This document shows, in pieces, positions 60,325 through 64,000 of a stretch of DNA of 64,000 nt (the stretch's first letter is position 1; the number at the start of each line of letters is the position of its first letter). Below the pieces are notes generated by a model. That model saw only the letters and a list, made by a program, of their open reading frames with translations. It ran no database searches and had not been told where the DNA came from. The position numbers were made by a program, and so were the translations under genes. Origin of the DNA: an uncultured Methanosarcinales archaeon (GTDB taxonomy: Archaea > Nanobdellota > Nanobdellia > Woesearchaeales > CAYZNE01); NCBI GenBank assembly GCA_964405295.1, contig CAYONI010000001.1, positions 179,608-243,607 on the forward strand, read 5' to 3'.

Positions 60325-60601
60325 AATTTTTATCGGAATTGTACGTTTTATAACTTTTTCTATTATATTTTAAGTATAGGATAAATTGTTCTTTCAAAGT
60401 AAAAGCTATATATTCATAGAACGGATTTTTTCTTTTTTTAAAAGAAAAATGTGATTTAGACTAATGGAAACTTATGCATTTAATAGTTATTATATTCAAC
60501 TTCTGGATTACTTAAAATGTAAAAAAAGGAGAAGTTCGTTACACACATATGCTAAGCTTTATAACTAAATGTAGTTTTTGCCACATATAATGAAAAATAC
60601 A

Positions 60602-61888
60602 ATGTCATTTCAAGATTTGGATTTAATACCTGCACTTCAAAAAGCGCTAACTAAACAGAAATATGTAATACCTACACCTATACAATCAAAAGCTATTCCC
60701 GGGTTATTGAAAGGTAACGATTTGATAGGAATTGCACAAACTGGTACTGGTAAAACCGCAGCTTTTGTACTACCTATCCTTCAAAGAATGATTGAAAAAT
60801 ATCCTAGGAAGATTAAAACGTTAGTACTTACTCCTACTAGAGAACTTGCAGCCCAAATTGGAGAAAGTTTTTCTGCATACGGCGAGTTTCTTAAATTTAA
60901 ACATACAGTGATTTTTGGTGGAGTAGGACAAGGAAAACAAATTCAGGAATTAACTAGAGGAGTAGATATTGTTGTTGCAACACCAGGTAGATTACTAGAT
61001 TTACTTAATCAAAGAAAACTTACCCTAAGCAATATAGAGTTCTTTGTATTAGATGAAGCAGACAGAATGCTAGATATGGGATTTATCCATGATATTAAAA
61101 AAGTAATTTCAAAATTGCCCAATAAAAGACAATCATTATTTTTCTCAGCTACAATGTCTTCAAAAATTAATCAACTTGCAAAAAGCCTACTTAAAAATCC
61201 GATTCATGTTGAAGTTGCACCACAAGCAACGACTGTTGAAATTATTAAACAGCATATTTTTTTTGTTGACCAATCTTCAAAAGAAAAACTATTGTTAGAA
61301 CTTCTAAAACATGAGCATCTTACAAGCATTTTAATTTTCACTCGAACAAAACATAGGGCAAATAAGGTAGCACTATTCCTTAATAAAAATAATATTTCTT
61401 CTGACGCAATTCATGGAAATAAATCACAAACCGCAAGAACTAAGGCAATTAAAGATTTTAAGACTGGTAAAATTAAAGTACTCGTTGCAACTGATATTGC
61501 TGCAAGAGGGATAGATATTGATAATATTTCACATGTTATAAATTTTGAACTTCCAAACGAAGCAGAAAGCTATGTTCATAGGATTGGGAGAACTGCTAGA
61601 GCTGGAGCTGAAGGAACAGCTTTTTCATTTTGCGCAGCTGAAGAAAGAAATTATCTTAGAGATATTGAAAAATTAATAAGGCAAAAGATTGATGTAATGG
61701 ATCATACATTTCATTCAGAAACCGCTAAAAACGCAGTGGGCGCAGCAGCTAAACCACCACCAAAAAAATCTTTTAGTAGAAATTCTAAATTTAAACATAA
61801 ATCTAACTCTGCGTCAAAGAATAAAAAATCATTTTCTAAAAATAATAAAACAGGGAATAAATTTAAACGAAAACCTAGAAGTAGGTAA
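60602..61888 (+). CDS. DEAD-box RNA helicase (RhlE-like)
   Basis: AQTGTGKT, PTRELA, DEAD, SAT, HRIGRTAR, basic tail. Confidence 0.96.
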   Translation: MSFQDLDLIPALQKALTKQKYVIPTPIQSKAIPGLLKGNDLIGIAQTGTGKTAAFVLPILQRMIEKYPRKIKTLVLTPTRELAAQIGESFSAYGEFLKFKHTVIFGGVGQGKQIQELTRGVDIVVATPGRLLDLLNQRKLTLSNIEFFVLDEADRMLDMGFIHDIKKVISKLPNKRQSLFFSATMSSKINQLAKSLLKNPIHVEVAPQATTVEIIKQHIFFVDQSSKEKLLLELLKHEHLTSILIFTRTKHRANKVALFLNKNNISSDAIHGNKSQTARTKAIKDFKTGKIKVLVATDIAARGIDIDNISHVINFELPNEAESYVHRIGRTARAGAEGTAFSFCAAEERNYLRDIEKLIRQKIDVMDHTFHSETAKNAVGAAAKPPPKKSFSRNSKFKHKSNSASKNKKSFSKNNKTGNKFKRKPRSR

Positions 61889-62143
61889 ATAAATTTTATT
61901 ACACTTTCTTAATTTAAAATTCTAATTCAAAAGCAGAAAAATAATATTACAAGATCATAGACATGTTAGCACAAACATGTACTAGATGTTGGTCAGGAGA
62001 ACTGCGACTGCGAACGGTAATATTATTACCAAAATAAATCATCTATATTTATGGTGTGGATGATGTTCTTGGTCACAGAATAATAAATATTTATAAATGA
62101 TAATCCCCATATTACTATATTATATACTAATTGCATAATAAAA

Positions 62144-63157
62144 ATGACAAAAGAAAATAAATCTAAAGAATATATTTATCTGATTGCAATTATTGCTATA
62201 ATTGCTATTGTAGGTATTTTAACAGTAAACAATATAAATCTAGAAAATATTGGTGGCAAAGCATATACCAAAGAAGAATATTCATATTATACAGAAAAAG
62301 ATATATCCCTAATAGAAAAATTTGCTGATGCAGTAGAAAAAGAAGAATATATAAAAATAGAACTAAGTGATGGTTTAAAAATAGAATTTTATTTAACTAG
62401 CACACTGGAACATTTTGTGGAATTTTCTGAAGAAATAGAGCCTATTGAAGTAAATGAATTTATAAACAATAATGCGCGTGAATCAGATCCTTTATTCAAT
62501 AAAATTGATAAATTCTTCAAATCTCCACAAATTAAAAACTTACCTTTTTATAATGTTGAAATAAATACCAAAAAAACTGAACTAAAGCAAACAATCTTAG
62601 ATAATGTTCAAGGAATTATACCAACAAGAGGCTGCTCCTGTGGTAATAGTTTAACAATTTGTTTATGGGCAAGTCAAAATCTTTGTGCGACTGGAAGTGG
62701 CGGGGGAAATATTTGGTGTTTTCTAGAAGATACAGAAATAGATTTAAATGAGAAAAGCGAAAAAATCCAGAATATTATAATAGGGGATATTGTTAAATCT
62801 TATGATACAGAAAATAATGAAATAGTTTATTCAGAAGTAACTAATATTTTTAAAGGCAAAACAAAGGAGTATTTCCTAATAAACAATAACTGGCAAGTAA
62901 CACAAAATCATCCTTTTTGGATAGATGAAAAATGGAAAAAAGCATCAAATATAGAGGTAGGTGACTTTTTAATGTCAAGTAATAAACAAGATATAAGGGT
63001 AGAATCAATAATAAAAATTCATGAAAATGCAGACATTTACAATATTGAAGTTAATAATTACCATAACTATTTTGCAAACAATGCACTAGTGCATAATAAA
63101 GCATTTGTTGGTGGATACATTACAAGTGTTAGTATTAAAATTTCTTTTACATTCTAA
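62144..63157 (+). CDS. membrane-anchored protein with Cys-rich segment and Hint domain
   Basis: N-terminal TM; Hint from CFLEDT to LVHN. Confidence 0.88.
   Translation: MTKENKSKEYIYLIAIIAIIAIVGILTVNNINLENIGGKAYTKEEYSYYTEKDISLIEKFADAVEKEEYIKIELSDGLKIEFYLTSTLEHFVEFSEEIEPIEVNEFINNNARESDPLFNKIDKFFKSPQIKNLPFYNVEINTKKTELKQTILDNVQGIIPTRGCSCGNSLTICLWASQNLCATGSGGGNIWCFLEDTEIDLNEKSEKIQNIIIGDIVKSYDTENNEIVYSEVTNIFKGKTKEYFLINNNWQVTQNHPFWIDEKWKKASNIEVGDFLMSSNKQDIRVESIIKIHENADIYNIEVNNYHNYFANNALVHNKAFVGGYITSVSIKISFTF
62717..63097 (+). other. Hint / bacterial intein-like domain (127 aa)
   Basis: Block A CF, block B TQNHPF, block F IYNIEV..HNYFA, block G VHN; no endonuclease. Confidence 0.9.
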
Positions 63158-63209
63158 TTAAAAACAGTACAGAAAAACACTCAAATAAGTAATCACCAAA
63201 ACTAAAAAG

Positions 63210-63230
63210 AGGTAATTATAATAATTACCT
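63210..63230. repeat. perfect 10-bp inverted repeat between convergent genes
   Basis: AGGTAATTAT-A-ATAATTACCT. Confidence 0.6.
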
Positions 63231-63444
63231 AATAATCTTCTGGCATCACTGCATAAAGAATACCCAACATCTATTAATATAAATAAGGGCTGTAGAATGA
63301 TGTTACTCGATTTAGTAACAGTGATACTAATGAACCTCCAGATTAACAGAGCACACAGGTCACTAAATCTATAATATCAAAATCCAAAAAGAAATATATT
63401 GATTTATTGTAATTTTAAATCAAAAGAAGAACTACTTTTTAGCC

Positions 63445-63960
63445 TTAACTTTGAAGACTACTTTTTGTGGTTCCACCACCAATAAATCTTCCAACACACT
63501 GAGTACAAGTACCTCCTATATGACATTCTTGTGGACCAGTCTCAGTACAAATAGCAGGCCCATTATATCCTGATGCTGCAATACAATAACAATTCCACAT
63601 TCCCTGTCCATAATCGCCCCTAAGAGGTTCACCATCAGAATCAAATGTAGTAAATATACCTGGCTCTGTTTCGACTAATCTATCATGCTTTAAAATTTCA
63701 AGGGTATCGCAACCGTTTAGTACAACTCTCTTTACAATTTTTTCAGCTAACAAATATTTTGTTAAATCAGATTCTTCAAAATTAGATTCATCAATCATAC
63801 TAGTTTCAATTGCTTGTCCACCAATATTATCATAATTTAATTCTTCAGTAGGAAAAACAACAAAAACTTTATTACCACCTAGAAGAATCGCAACAATCCC
63901 TACTATGGCAATAATAGCAACAAGTGAAACTAATACATACTTATCATTTTTTATATCCAT
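63445..63960 (-). CDS. membrane-anchored protein with C-terminal Cys-rich peptide (likely paralog of 62144..63157)
   Basis: AIIAIVGI TM, NIGGQA, CYC...IC-x7-C..C..C; GAGGT SD. Confidence 0.82.
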   Translation of the reverse strand: MDIKNDKYVLVSLVAIIAIVGIVAILLGGNKVFVVFPTEELNYDNIGGQAIETSMIDESNFEESDLTKYLLAEKIVKRVVLNGCDTLEILKHDRLVETEPGIFTTFDSDGEPLRGDYGQGMWNCYCIAASGYNGPAICTETGPQECHIGGTCTQCVGRFIGGGTTKSSLQS

Positions 63961-64000
63961 AAATATTACCTCTCAAATATATCATAATTAATTAAAATAA

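Noticed and set aside
62717-63097. Classical mobile intein
   Set aside because: No homing endonuclease, Lys at +1 and a non-housekeeping host protein; it fits an intein-like Hint instead.
63160-63375. About 70 open codons on the minus strand between the last two genes
   Set aside because: No ATG or SD, and no recognisable motif.
1-64000. CRISPR array, rRNA genes, transposases, integrases, reverse transcriptase
   Set aside because: No regularly spaced repeats, long GC-rich RNA genes or such catalytic motifs were seen.

Overview
AT-rich archaeal chromosomal DNA, most consistent with a DPANN lineage (Woesearchaeota-like). This is inferred from archaeal RNAP and ribosomal proteins, aEF-1A/aEF-2, Alba, fibrillarin/Nop5, KEOPS, TTTATAAA boxes, a DPANN-type pilin and bacterial-type imports such as lgt, tmk, an RhlE-like helicase and an M15 peptidase. 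Bases 1-53 kb are mostly core informational genes plus two tRNAs (Arg-TCG, Phe-GAA), interspersed with orphan clusters. The last ~10 kb is accessory and holds the most unusual content: a Na+/K+-ATPase-like P2C pump; a secreted Cys-rich protein divergent from a lipobox lipoprotein whose PAAR domain appears circularly permuted and largely stripped of Zn ligands; a peptidoglycan-type M15 peptidase; and two apparently paralogous membrane-anchored proteins ending in Cys-rich peptides, one of them interrupted by a Hint (intein-like) domain. Other candidates are a deoxyhypusine synthase with an altered amine pocket coupled to a PLP decarboxylase behind a structured leader, an MNT-MNT-HEPN-HEPN fusion, a fibrillarin with an R/G/F-rich tail next to an N-terminally truncated Nop5, and structured leaders on the L7Ae and S13 operons. 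I saw no CRISPR array, rRNA or transposase. All assignments come from motifs recognised by eye; no database search was run.
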